Below are positions 26,565 through 34,412 of a stretch of 64,000 nucleotides of DNA, piece by piece. The position numbers were made by a program, and so were the translations under genes. Below the pieces are notes generated by a model. The model did not search any database. It was not told the origin of the DNA and saw only the letters and a list, made by a program, of their open reading frames with translations. Within the stretch, counting starts at the first letter, position 1. Every line of letters starts with the position of its first letter. The DNA comes from Alphaproteobacteria bacterium UBA6178. GTDB taxonomy: Bacteria; Pseudomonadota; Alphaproteobacteria; Rickettsiales; UBA3002. The DNA is taken from assembly GCA_002422205.1 (NCBI GenBank), contig DITS01000001.1, positions 19,221-83,220 on the forward strand, read 5' to 3'.

Positions 26565-27896
26565 ATGAATGTAACGCTTCGTTCTCGTCCTGCTGCGGTA
26601 TTGTTTGCCGCTGCGGTCGCTTTTTTGCCCGGCATGGCCTTTGCCGCTGTCGAGGCAGAGACTCAATTTATTTTCAATACGCTGATATTTCTGATCGGTG
26701 GCTTTTTGGTGATGTTTATGGCGGCGGGCTTTTGCTGCCTTGAGGCTGGCTTCGTGCGCAGCTCCAGCGTTACCACCATCTGCGTGAAAAACATTGCGCT
26801 CTATGCCATTGCGGGCCTGATGTATTATGTGGTGGGCTACAATCTGATGTATAGCGGTGTGGATGGTGGCTTTATGGGCACCTTCAGCATGTGGAGCATC
26901 GATGATTCGGCCAATCTGAATGCGGACGGCGAATTTATCGGCGAAGGTGGTTATGCCGCCGCGTCTGACTGGTTCTTCCAGATGGTGTTTGTCGGCACCG
27001 CCGCTTCTATCGTATCCGGTGCGGTGGCTGAGCGCGTCAAATTATGGTCATTCCTTGCATTTTCCGCTGTATTATGTGGCTTCATCTATCCTATTACCGG
27101 TTCATGGCAATGGGGCGGTGGCTGGCTGAGCGAGCGCGGTTTCTCCGATTTTGCCGGTTCTACGCTGGTGCATTCGGTGGGTGGCTGGGCTGCTTTGGTT
27201 GGTGTGCTGCTGATCGGTGCACGCAAAGGCCGCTTCACCAAAGATGGTAAATCCATTCCCATGCCCGGCTCTTCGGTGCCGTTGGCAACGTTGGGTACCT
27301 TTATTCTCTGGTTAGGTTGGTTCGGCTTTAACGGTGCTTCGCAACTCGCGTTGGGTACCGGTGCCGATGCGGCTGCCATTGCCACCATTTTCGTCAACAC
27401 CAATATCGCCGCCTGCGGTGGTTTGCTGGCTGCGATGTTGTTTACCCAGCTGATCTTCAAAAAGGTCGATCCCAGCATGGCGCTCAATGGCGCACTGGCT
27501 GGTCTGGTCAGCATCACTGCCGAGCCGCTGGCTCCGGTCATGGGCGAAGCCTTGCTGATTGGTGCGGTTGGCGGCATCGTGATGGCCTTCGCAGTTCTCG
27601 CGCTCGATAAATTCAAAATCGACGATGTGGTGGGTGCGATTCCGGTTCACTTGGCTTGCGGTATCTGGGGTACGCTCGCTGTGCCGATTACCAATGTCGA
27701 AACCAGCTTTATCACTCAGGCGATCGGCGTGGTATCGATTGGCGCATTCACCGTGGTCACCACCTTGGTTGTATGGGTGGTTATCAAAGCGGTTATGGGC
27801 GTGCGTATCACCGACGCAATGGAAGAGATAGGCATTGATCAAGCGGAAACCGGTCTGGATGCGTATCCCGACTTCGTCCGCACCAGCAAAGCCTGA
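26565..27896 (+). CDS. amtB: ammonium transporter AmtB
   Basis: 443 aa. Signal peptide, 11 TM segments, and FAGSTLVHSVGGWAALVG and VHLACGIWGTLAV motifs. Confidence 0.92.
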   Translation: MNVTLRSRPAAVLFAAAVAFLPGMAFAAVEAETQFIFNTLIFLIGGFLVMFMAAGFCCLEAGFVRSSSVTTICVKNIALYAIAGLMYYVVGYNLMYSGVDGGFMGTFSMWSIDDSANLNADGEFIGEGGYAAASDWFFQMVFVGTAASIVSGAVAERVKLWSFLAFSAVLCGFIYPITGSWQWGGGWLSERGFSDFAGSTLVHSVGGWAALVGVLLIGARKGRFTKDGKSIPMPGSSVPLATLGTFILWLGWFGFNGASQLALGTGADAAAIATIFVNTNIAACGGLLAAMLFTQLIFKKVDPSMALNGALAGLVSITAEPLAPVMGEALLIGAVGGIVMAFAVLALDKFKIDDVVGAIPVHLACGIWGTLAVPITNVETSFITQAIGVVSIGAFTVVTTLVVWVVIKAVMGVRITDAMEEIGIDQAETGLDAYPDFVRTSKA

Positions 27897-27921
27897 TACG
27901 ATTGTTCCTGCAACTTGAGAC

Positions 27922-27951
27922 ATCCCGGGAGGAGACTCCCGGGATTTTTTT
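27922..27951 (+). terminator. rho-independent terminator of amtB
   Basis: ATCCCGGGAG-gaga-CTCCCGGGAT followed by TTTTTTT. Confidence 0.85.
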
Positions 27952-28188
27952 AGTTTTTGCGTTTGCTCCTGCTCTGGGCTACTGCCCTCCGCAATGAGCC
28001 TAATGCTTCGCGACTAAAGGCTCGGACTCCTGTCCTCGTTCTCTATTATTCGTCATGCTGCGGGACGCGGAGCGTCAGCGCAGTATCTTCTGCCACCTCA
28101 TGAGATCCTGCGCTCTTGCTGCGCAAGCCGCAGGATGACAAAATTATGGAAGGCTGTCACCCCGTCGCATGACGGGGTCCGGCCTTCC
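27952..28188. repeat. intergenic repeat block: element A (27952-28040), element B (28052-28139), H2 with outer stem (28148-28188)
   Basis: A is ...TTTGCTCCTGCTCTGGGCTACTGCCCTCCGCAATGAGCCTAATGCTTCGCGACTAAAGGCTCGGACTCCTGTCCTCGTT. B is GTCATGCTGCGG...CCGCAGGATGAC. H2 is GGAAGGC-TGTCACCCCGTCGCATGACGGGGTCC-GGCCTTCC. Confidence 0.85.
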
Positions 28189-28284
28189 GCTCTTCCCTCA
28201 GCAAGATAGCCGGAGCGCGCGGCTCTTTCTTACGTGCCTTATCAACACTAGACTCCACCCCTCCAACCTTGTATCGTGGCGCGC

Positions 28285-29082
28285 ATGAGCCTTCGTATTG
28301 CCACTTGGAATATCAATTCCGTCCGCATCCGCAATGATCTGATCGCCCGTTTCGTGGCAGAGCATTCCCCCGATATTTTATGCCTGCAGGAAACCAAGGT
28401 CGATAACCCCCTCTTCCCGCTCGAGGCGCTGCAGGCGCTGGGTTATCCGCATGTGTTTTTCGAAGGCCAGAAAAGCTATAACGGCGTGGCCATCTTATCC
28501 AAAGTACCACTAATGAATCGCCGTTGCGTGCATTTTATCGACAAGCAGGAATGCCGCCATATCGCTGCCGATCTGCCGTGCGGTGCGCAATTACATAACG
28601 TCTATATCCCCGCAGGCGGTGACATTCCCGATGTGGAGTTGAATGAAAAATTCAAAGACAAGCTCGCTTTTGTCGATGCGCTGGCGCGCTGGTCAGCTGA
28701 TGATGCCATCGCCACCCAGCGCGCGATCATTGTGGGCGATATGAATATCGCGCCGCTGGAGCATGATGTGTGGTCGCACAAGCAATTGTTGAATGTGGTG
28801 AGTCATACACCCATCGAAGTCGAGAAATTCACCGCTTTCCAACGTGCCGGAAAATGGGTCGATTGCCTACGCGAACTGGTGCCGCATGATCAGAAACTCT
28901 ACAGCTGGTGGAGCTACCGCGCACGTGATTGGAAGGCGTCGAATCGTGGCCGCCGCCTCGATCATATCTGGATTACCCCGCCCTTGCGCAACAGCCTCAA
29001 AGGCGGCATGATCTACCCCGCAGCGCGCGGCTGGGACAAACCGTCCGACCATGTGCCGGTGATGGTGGAATTAGAGCTCTAA
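28285..29082 (+). CDS. xthA: exodeoxyribonuclease III
   Basis: ATG at 28285 (MSLRIATWNINSVR...LCLQETK...DHVPVMVELEL). The track ORF starts 9 nt earlier at a GTG. Confidence 0.9.
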   Translation: MSLRIATWNINSVRIRNDLIARFVAEHSPDILCLQETKVDNPLFPLEALQALGYPHVFFEGQKSYNGVAILSKVPLMNRRCVHFIDKQECRHIAADLPCGAQLHNVYIPAGGDIPDVELNEKFKDKLAFVDALARWSADDAIATQRAIIVGDMNIAPLEHDVWSHKQLLNVVSHTPIEVEKFTAFQRAGKWVDCLRELVPHDQKLYSWWSYRARDWKASNRGRRLDHIWITPPLRNSLKGGMIYPAARGWDKPSDHVPVMVELEL

Positions 29083-29084
29083 CG

Positions 29085-30155
29085 ATGGTGACGATTACAA
29101 TGCTCGTCTTATTTGCCTTTTTGCTAGTGGCTGCATTATCGGCCATTATGCCCATGTATTCCTACGCGCTGACGCTGGATACGCCGGTTGATTGCGCCAT
29201 CGGGCAGGAATGCTTTATTCAAAATTACGTCGATATCGATCGTAGCGATCAATATCATGATTACCGCTGCGGACCGCTCAGCTATGACGGCCATAAAGGC
29301 ACCGATTTCCGATTGAAAAATTTGGTGCAGATGCGCGAAGGGGTCGATGTGCTTGCGGCAGCAGACGGCGAAGTGGTGAATGTGCGCGACGGGATGGACG
29401 ATATCACTTTCCGTAATTTGCCCGCCGATGCGCTTACCAACCGCGAATGCGGCAATGGTGTGCTGCTCAAACATAAGGGTGGTTATCAAACACAATATTG
29501 CCATTTGATGAAAGGCTCGGTTGCCGTTGCGCCCCAAGATACGGTGAAGCGTGGTGACGTGCTGGGCAAAATCGGCATCTCCGGCATGAGCGAATTTCCG
29601 CATCTGCATCTGGAGGTACGCGATCGTGACGGACGAATCATGGACCCATTTTCTGGTCTGGCCGAGAACGCGATTTGCGATGATAAAGCAGATACAAAAT
29701 CCTTATGGCGTACCGATATTCAGCCGCAAATGGCTTATATCCCCACCGGTATTTTGAGTGTCGGTTTTTCTTCCTCCATCCCAAATGCCGAAGGCGTGCG
29801 CGATGGTCAGTTTACTGAAAGCACATTAGCGTCCGATGCGCGCTCGATGATTTTCTGGGCCGATTTATTCGGTCTGCGCAAAGGCGATGTGCTCGATCTG
29901 CGATTAGTCGGGCCTGATAATGTCGTCATGGTGCATCACGATCAGGTGATCGATGGTAACAAGGCGCAGTTTTTTCAATTTATCGGCAAGCATCTGCGCG
30001 AGCCGATGTGGGCGGGTGGTAGTTATCGCGCACGTGTGAAATTATCGCGCCAGATGAATGGCGAAATGCAGCCGGTGCTTGAGCATGAAGCCACGCTCGA
30101 TATGCCCCTGCCCGAAGTCAGCAAAGAAGATTTTATTCGTCAGCTGGAAGAATAA
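29085..30155 (+). CDS. M23-family metallopeptidase with N-terminal signal/anchor
   Basis: Start at the internal Met (MVTITMLVLFAFLLVAALSA...), 2 nt after the xthA stop. HKGTDFRL and FPHLHLEVR zinc-site motifs. Confidence 0.85.
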   Translation: MVTITMLVLFAFLLVAALSAIMPMYSYALTLDTPVDCAIGQECFIQNYVDIDRSDQYHDYRCGPLSYDGHKGTDFRLKNLVQMREGVDVLAAADGEVVNVRDGMDDITFRNLPADALTNRECGNGVLLKHKGGYQTQYCHLMKGSVAVAPQDTVKRGDVLGKIGISGMSEFPHLHLEVRDRDGRIMDPFSGLAENAICDDKADTKSLWRTDIQPQMAYIPTGILSVGFSSSIPNAEGVRDGQFTESTLASDARSMIFWADLFGLRKGDVLDLRLVGPDNVVMVHHDQVIDGNKAQFFQFIGKHLREPMWAGGSYRARVKLSRQMNGEMQPVLEHEATLDMPLPEVSKEDFIRQLEE

Positions 30156-30158
30156 GGA

Positions 30159-30374
30159 TTAGTGGATTTTGACCGGCGTCAGATTGTGCTTACGCACCGA
30201 TGCGCTGGCCGCGTCCATTGATTCAAAAATCGCCAGCGGCGTGCCATCGGCGGCATAAACCGCATAGCCCATTTCGCCATTATCGCTGATGGGGCGAATA
30301 TAGGCAAACCGGTCCACTCCCATCATCGACATAATCATATCGGATATTTCGATGTGGTCTTGGGTCGGTTTCAT
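30159..30374 (-). CDS. DUF1150-family small protein
   Basis: Internal Met of ORF 30159..30470. MKPTQDHIEISDMIMSMMGVDRFAYIRPISDNGEMGYAVYAADGTPLAIFESMDAASASVRKHNLTPVKIH resembles the remembered DUF1150 pattern (AYV+...aADGtpl....s...A.......l.pv.vH). Confidence 0.6.
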   Translation of the reverse strand: MKPTQDHIEISDMIMSMMGVDRFAYIRPISDNGEMGYAVYAADGTPLAIFESMDAASASVRKHNLTPVKIH

Positions 30375-30469
30375 AGGCGGTCTCCACTGTGTTATTTTTG
30401 CTCTCAATGTAGCATAGCGAAAATCGCCTGTCCCGTGTGTGACAGTTTGGTGAAGTATGCAATCAAGCA

Positions 30470-31147
30470 TTAGCGCTTGGTGCTGCGCCGTCCGAAAGCA
30501 TTGGGATTTTCAAAGGTAAACAGCGACGCATCGAGCGGCAAATCATAACGCGCATCCGAGAGTTTAATATGCGTAGACTGGCCCAGCGTGTCGGTCAGAA
30601 TCAGATTTTCCAGCTTTAATGGCTTGTCAGAAAACTCCATTGTCAGCGTGCCTTCATCCTGCTTTTTGGTTTGCAGGAGCGTAAAGCGGATGGATTTGGC
30701 GCCCTCGCGGAAATGCACTACGCGTAGCGCGTCATCATCAAATTTAATATCCGGCTTCGCCAAAAACGCCGCTAATGTGCTCTCAAGCGGTAATTGCGAT
30801 ACCTGATTCAGCTCATAATCATAATAGGTGAGCGTTTTGCCGCTCGATACCATCAGAATCGGCGTCGGTGGATTATACTGCCAGCGCATTTTGCCGGGCC
30901 GCTCCAGATAGAGCTTACCGCTCGCCAGCGCGCCATCGGGTGCCACTTGTGTAAAATCAGCGGTGATGGTTTTGATGTCATTTAAATAGCGCTCAATTCG
31001 ACGCAAAGTGCTCACTGGATCGGCAGTCGCGCTTTCCACTTGCGGCGCTTGCGTATGCCAGGGCAGCGGCGCATTCACCGGCGCGGCCTGCGCTGCCACG
31101 CCCCATGTCATGCCGATAAAAGCAGGAATCAAATATGCATATTTCAC
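30470..31147 (-). CDS. lolA: outer-membrane lipoprotein carrier protein LolA
   Basis: GTG start at 31147 gives the signal peptide (M)KYAYLIPAFIGMTWGVAAQA|APV. FTQVAPDGALASGKLYLERPGKMRWQY is present. The longer track ORF (to 31351) reads through repeat modules and the ftsK 3' end. Confidence 0.8.
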   Translation of the reverse strand: MKYAYLIPAFIGMTWGVAAQAAPVNAPLPWHTQAPQVESATADPVSTLRRIERYLNDIKTITADFTQVAPDGALASGKLYLERPGKMRWQYNPPTPILMVSSGKTLTYYDYELNQVSQLPLESTLAAFLAKPDIKFDDDALRVVHFREGAKSIRFTLLQTKKQDEGTLTMEFSDKPLKLENLILTDTLGQSTHIKLSDARYDLPLDASLFTFENPNAFGRRSTKR

Positions 31148-31151
31148 CCTT

Positions 31152-31255
31152 GTCACCCCGTCGCATGACGGGGTCTGGGCTGAAGTAATGCCGGATACCG
31201 TCATAAAGACGGCATGACAATTCTTCACTGAACTCTGAACTCTGGACTCTGAACT
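31152..31255. repeat. intergenic repeat block: H2 (31152-31175), H3-like (31188-31218), four CTGRACT heptads (31228-31255)
   Basis: GTCACCCCGTCGCATGACGGGGTC; ATGCCGGATACCGTCATAAAGACGGCATGAC; CTGAACT CTGAACT CTGGACT CTGAACT, ending 1 nt from the ftsK stop codon. Confidence 0.85.
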
Positions 31256-31256
31256 C

Positions 31257-33584
31257 TTAGCTAGCCCGACTAAGCACTTCGCGTTTGCCGACATGGTTGG
31301 CTTGCCCGACAATGCCTTCTTCTTCCATTTGTTCAATAATACGTGCGGCACGGTTATATCCTATCTTCAATTTGCGCTGAATATAGCTGGTCGATGCCTT
31401 CTGGTCACGCAAAACAATCTGGACTGCCTGATCAAACAAGGCGCGCTCGCCATCGCTTTCATCTTCGCTACCATATAATACGTCGCTTTCTTCATCTTCC
31501 TTCGTTACATCCTCGACATAACTTGGTTCGCCCTGTTCTTTGAGGAAGGTCACGATTGATTCGACTTCCCTATCGGCGATGAAAGGCCCGTGCACGCGCT
31601 GAATCCGCCCGCCGCCTGCCATATAGAGCATATCGCCATGGCCCAGCAGTTGCTCGCCGCCCTGTTCACCCAAAATCGTGCGGCTATCAATTTTCGAGGT
31701 CACCTGAAAACTCACGCGGGTGGGGAAGTTCGCTTTAATCACGCCGGTAATCACATCCACCGACGGGCGCTGCGTCGCCATGATAATATGAATACCCGCC
31801 GCGCGCGCCATTTGGGCAAGGCGCTGAATCGAGGTTTCGATATCCTTGCCCGCCACCAGCATCAGATCGGCCATTTCATCGACCACCACCACAATAAAGG
31901 GCAGCGGCGCCATATCGAGTGCGACTTTTTCCATCACCGGTTTACCGGTATGCGGATCAAATCCGGTTTGCACGGTGCGGAATAATTCCTCGCCCTTGCG
32001 CGCCGCATCCTTAATGCGCTTATTGTAATTTTCGATATTGCGCACACCCAGATTCGACATCAGGCGGTAACGGTTTTCCATTTCTTTCACCGTCCATTTC
32101 AGCGCCACTACCGCCTTGCCCGGCTCGGTCACTACCGGCGACAGCAAATGCGGAATATTGTCATAAACGGACAATTCCAGCATTTTGGGGTCTATCATAA
32201 TAAAGCGGCATTCTTCCGGCGTCAGGTGATAAATCAGCGACATGATCATGGTATTGATCGCCACCGATTTGCCCGAGCCGGTCGTGCCCGCTACCAGCAA
32301 ATGCGGCATGCGCGATAAATCCGCAATCACCGGATCGCCACCAATATCCTTGCCCATTACCAGCGGCAGCTTGGCATCGGTTTGCTGGTAGGTGGGATGT
32401 TCGAGCATTTCGCGTAAGTAAACAATCTCGCGTTCGGCATTGGGCATTTCAATCCCCAGCGCATTTTTGCCCGGCACCACTGCAATCCGCGCCGACACCG
32501 CGCTCATCGAGCGGGCAATATCATCCGCCAGACCAATCACGCGGGATGATTTGGTGCCCGCAGCAGGCTCCAGCTCATACAGGGTTACCACCGGCCCGGG
32601 CCGCACGCGGGTGATATCACCCTTAATACCAAAATCCTGCAAGGTCGCTTCCAGCAGCTCAGCATTTTGTGCCAGCGCCGCGTCGGATAATTTTTTCTTC
32701 TTCGCTTTCGATGGGACTTTCCCCATCAGCTCGGTCGAAGGCAGCTCAAAATCGCCATGCTGTTCGCGCAATGCCAGCGATGCCTGCGACTGGCTGTGAT
32801 CCACTTCCGCATTGCGGCTTTCCACCACGGCGGATGAAATCTTTTTCACATGCAGTTTGGGTGCCGGTGCTTCCTTCACGCGTGCACGGCGGGTACGGCT
32901 GCTGCTTTCTTCTTCGCTATCCTCGTCTTCTTCATCAGCGTCTTGGGCCGAGCCGCGCAGCGCATCGCGTATCAACGCGCCGAGTGCGCGCAGGCGGTGC
33001 CCTATCTGGCCCGCGACAATCAGCATCGCCACCCATTCATTGCGGCGCAAGCCAAAGGCAAGCGGCAGGCTGATCACGCTCAGTGCCAGCATCAACGGGG
33101 CCACCACCCAGATGGTGAGTAATTGCGCCAGATTCCCCGCAATCAAAAAACCAATCGAGCCGCCCAGCCCCGTGGCAATAGGCCAGTTGGTCCATGCCGG
33201 AATGCAGGCGAAAAACGCCGAAGTCGCCACCAGCGCAAACATCAGCGCGCTCGTGCGCATCATCCAGCCGCGCAAGCCGCGCTTGCTCACCAGCCGCCAC
33301 GCCCAGCATAACAATGCAAATACCAGCACCATGCTGGCCAAGCCTGTGGTTTGAATCAGCGCATCCGCAACATGCGAGCCAAACGCCCCGCCATGATTAT
33401 GGACGCTGTCGCCGCCGGTTTTGTTCAAAGACGGATCGGTCGGATGATAGCTCAGCAACGAAATCGCAATAAAGCCTGCCAAAGCGGCCATGCCCAGCCC
33501 TGCCAGCTCATAGCTGCGGCGTCGAATAAACAAGCGTAGCGGAGAAACAGGCGGCGTCGCCTTCCCACGTTTTCGGGCAGTCAT
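31257..33584 (-). CDS. ftsK: DNA translocase FtsK
   Basis: 775 aa. N-terminal TM domain, acidic linker, motor domain (HLLVAGTTGSGKSV, VVVVDEMADLM) and a C-terminal gamma domain (ASTSYIQRKLKIGYNRAARIIEQME). Confidence 0.93.
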   Translation of the reverse strand: MTARKRGKATPPVSPLRLFIRRRSYELAGLGMAALAGFIAISLLSYHPTDPSLNKTGGDSVHNHGGAFGSHVADALIQTTGLASMVLVFALLCWAWRLVSKRGLRGWMMRTSALMFALVATSAFFACIPAWTNWPIATGLGGSIGFLIAGNLAQLLTIWVVAPLMLALSVISLPLAFGLRRNEWVAMLIVAGQIGHRLRALGALIRDALRGSAQDADEEDEDSEEESSSRTRRARVKEAPAPKLHVKKISSAVVESRNAEVDHSQSQASLALREQHGDFELPSTELMGKVPSKAKKKKLSDAALAQNAELLEATLQDFGIKGDITRVRPGPVVTLYELEPAAGTKSSRVIGLADDIARSMSAVSARIAVVPGKNALGIEMPNAEREIVYLREMLEHPTYQQTDAKLPLVMGKDIGGDPVIADLSRMPHLLVAGTTGSGKSVAINTMIMSLIYHLTPEECRFIMIDPKMLELSVYDNIPHLLSPVVTEPGKAVVALKWTVKEMENRYRLMSNLGVRNIENYNKRIKDAARKGEELFRTVQTGFDPHTGKPVMEKVALDMAPLPFIVVVVDEMADLMLVAGKDIETSIQRLAQMARAAGIHIIMATQRPSVDVITGVIKANFPTRVSFQVTSKIDSRTILGEQGGEQLLGHGDMLYMAGGGRIQRVHGPFIADREVESIVTFLKEQGEPSYVEDVTKEDEESDVLYGSEDESDGERALFDQAVQIVLRDQKASTSYIQRKLKIGYNRAARIIEQMEEEGIVGQANHVGKREVLSRAS

Positions 33585-33739
33585 GTGCGTAACCTTCTTA
33601 TTTTATTGTTATTTGAGGTCAATATACCGCCTTACCCCACATTATTCAACCCATTGGCTGCCCCCTAAGGTGCAAAATCCGTAAAAGAGCCTGCAAGTGT
33701 GGCGCAAACGCCCTATTCGCCTGTTTCGGGCCAATAGGG

Positions 33740-33768
33740 TTGCACAATCAGGGATTTCTTCATATATA
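33740..33768 (+). promoter_or_regulatory. sigma-70-type promoter of the SRP RNA gene
   Basis: TTGCAC (33740-33745), a 17-nt spacer, then TATATA (33763-33768), a few nt before the RNA 5' helix. Confidence 0.6.
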
Positions 33769-33770
33769 GC

Positions 33771-33867
33771 CTGTGTGGCTGGCACGGGCGATGCCCTTGT
33801 TTAGCCGGTCAGGGCCGAAAGGCAGCAGCCAGAGCAAGACCGCATCGGGTCGCCGCCAGCCACACTT
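33771..33867 (+). ncRNA. ffs: signal recognition particle RNA (4.5S/small SRP RNA)
   Basis: GTGTGGCTGGC (33773-33783) pairs with GCCAGCCACAC (33855-33865). The apical motif GGTCAGGGCC-GAAA-GGCAGCAGCCAGAGCAAG matches the E. coli 4.5S domain IV GGUCAGGUCC-GGAA-GGAAGCAGCCAAGGCAG. Its position upstream of dnaX-ybaB-recR is a common synteny. Confidence 0.85.
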
Positions 33868-34384
33868 TAGTTTGTGTCTGCTCCTGCTACGGCCTACTGG
33901 CCTCCGCAATGAGCCTAACGCCTTCGGCAACTGAAGGCTCGAACTACTGTCCTCGTTCTTTACTTCTCTTCCTTTCTTCCTTTTTAATCTTGTCATTCCC
34001 GCGACAGCGGCAATCCAATCTGACTTGGTTCAAGTGGATCCCCGGGATCGGCGATGCCGCCCCGAGGATGACGGTATCCGTAAGCTTGTCACCCCGTCGC
34101 ATGACGGGGTCTGGCCTTGCTTCTGCCAGCCCCACTTTGTTTGCGTTCGCCCTCGCTTTGCACTACTATGCTACGCGAGGAACCTAAGCGCTTCGCGCAC
34201 TACAGACTCGGCCTGCTGACCTCGCTATCCCATTTGTCATGCTGGCGCTCAATGCCAGCATCTCATCCCACGCGCCGGATACTGGCGTCAAGCGCCAGTA
34301 TGACGCCCTCCTCTCCCCTTGCCGCCTGCCTTCATTCCGCCACGCCTGCATTTTTACTGAACTCTGGACTCTGAATTCTGGACT
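33868..34384. repeat. 517-bp solid mosaic of repeats between ffs and dnaX
   Basis: Modules are A (33868-33957), H1 (33992-34014), H8 (34032-34072), H2 (34088-34111), a diverged A copy (34136-34226), an H4 pair (34236-34261 GTCATGCTGGCG...; 34279-34304 ...CGCCAGTATGAC), and heptads CTGAACT CTGGACT CTGAATT CTGGACT (34357-34384). Confidence 0.85.
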
Positions 34385-34412
34385 CTCACAAAAAACCTGC
34401 TAATTTCACCTG

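Noticed and set aside
33760-34374. Small ORFs inside repeat blocks (33760..33996, 33909..34187, 33944..34135, 34025..34219, 34117..34374; also 26077..26289, 26256..26444, 53590..53787, 57748..58011, 58198..58395)
   Set aside because: They are composed of translated repeat modules (for example SFPRKRESR / CHSRESGN peptides from the ATTCCCGC hairpin). They overlap ffs or tRNA-Cys, and lack SD sequences.
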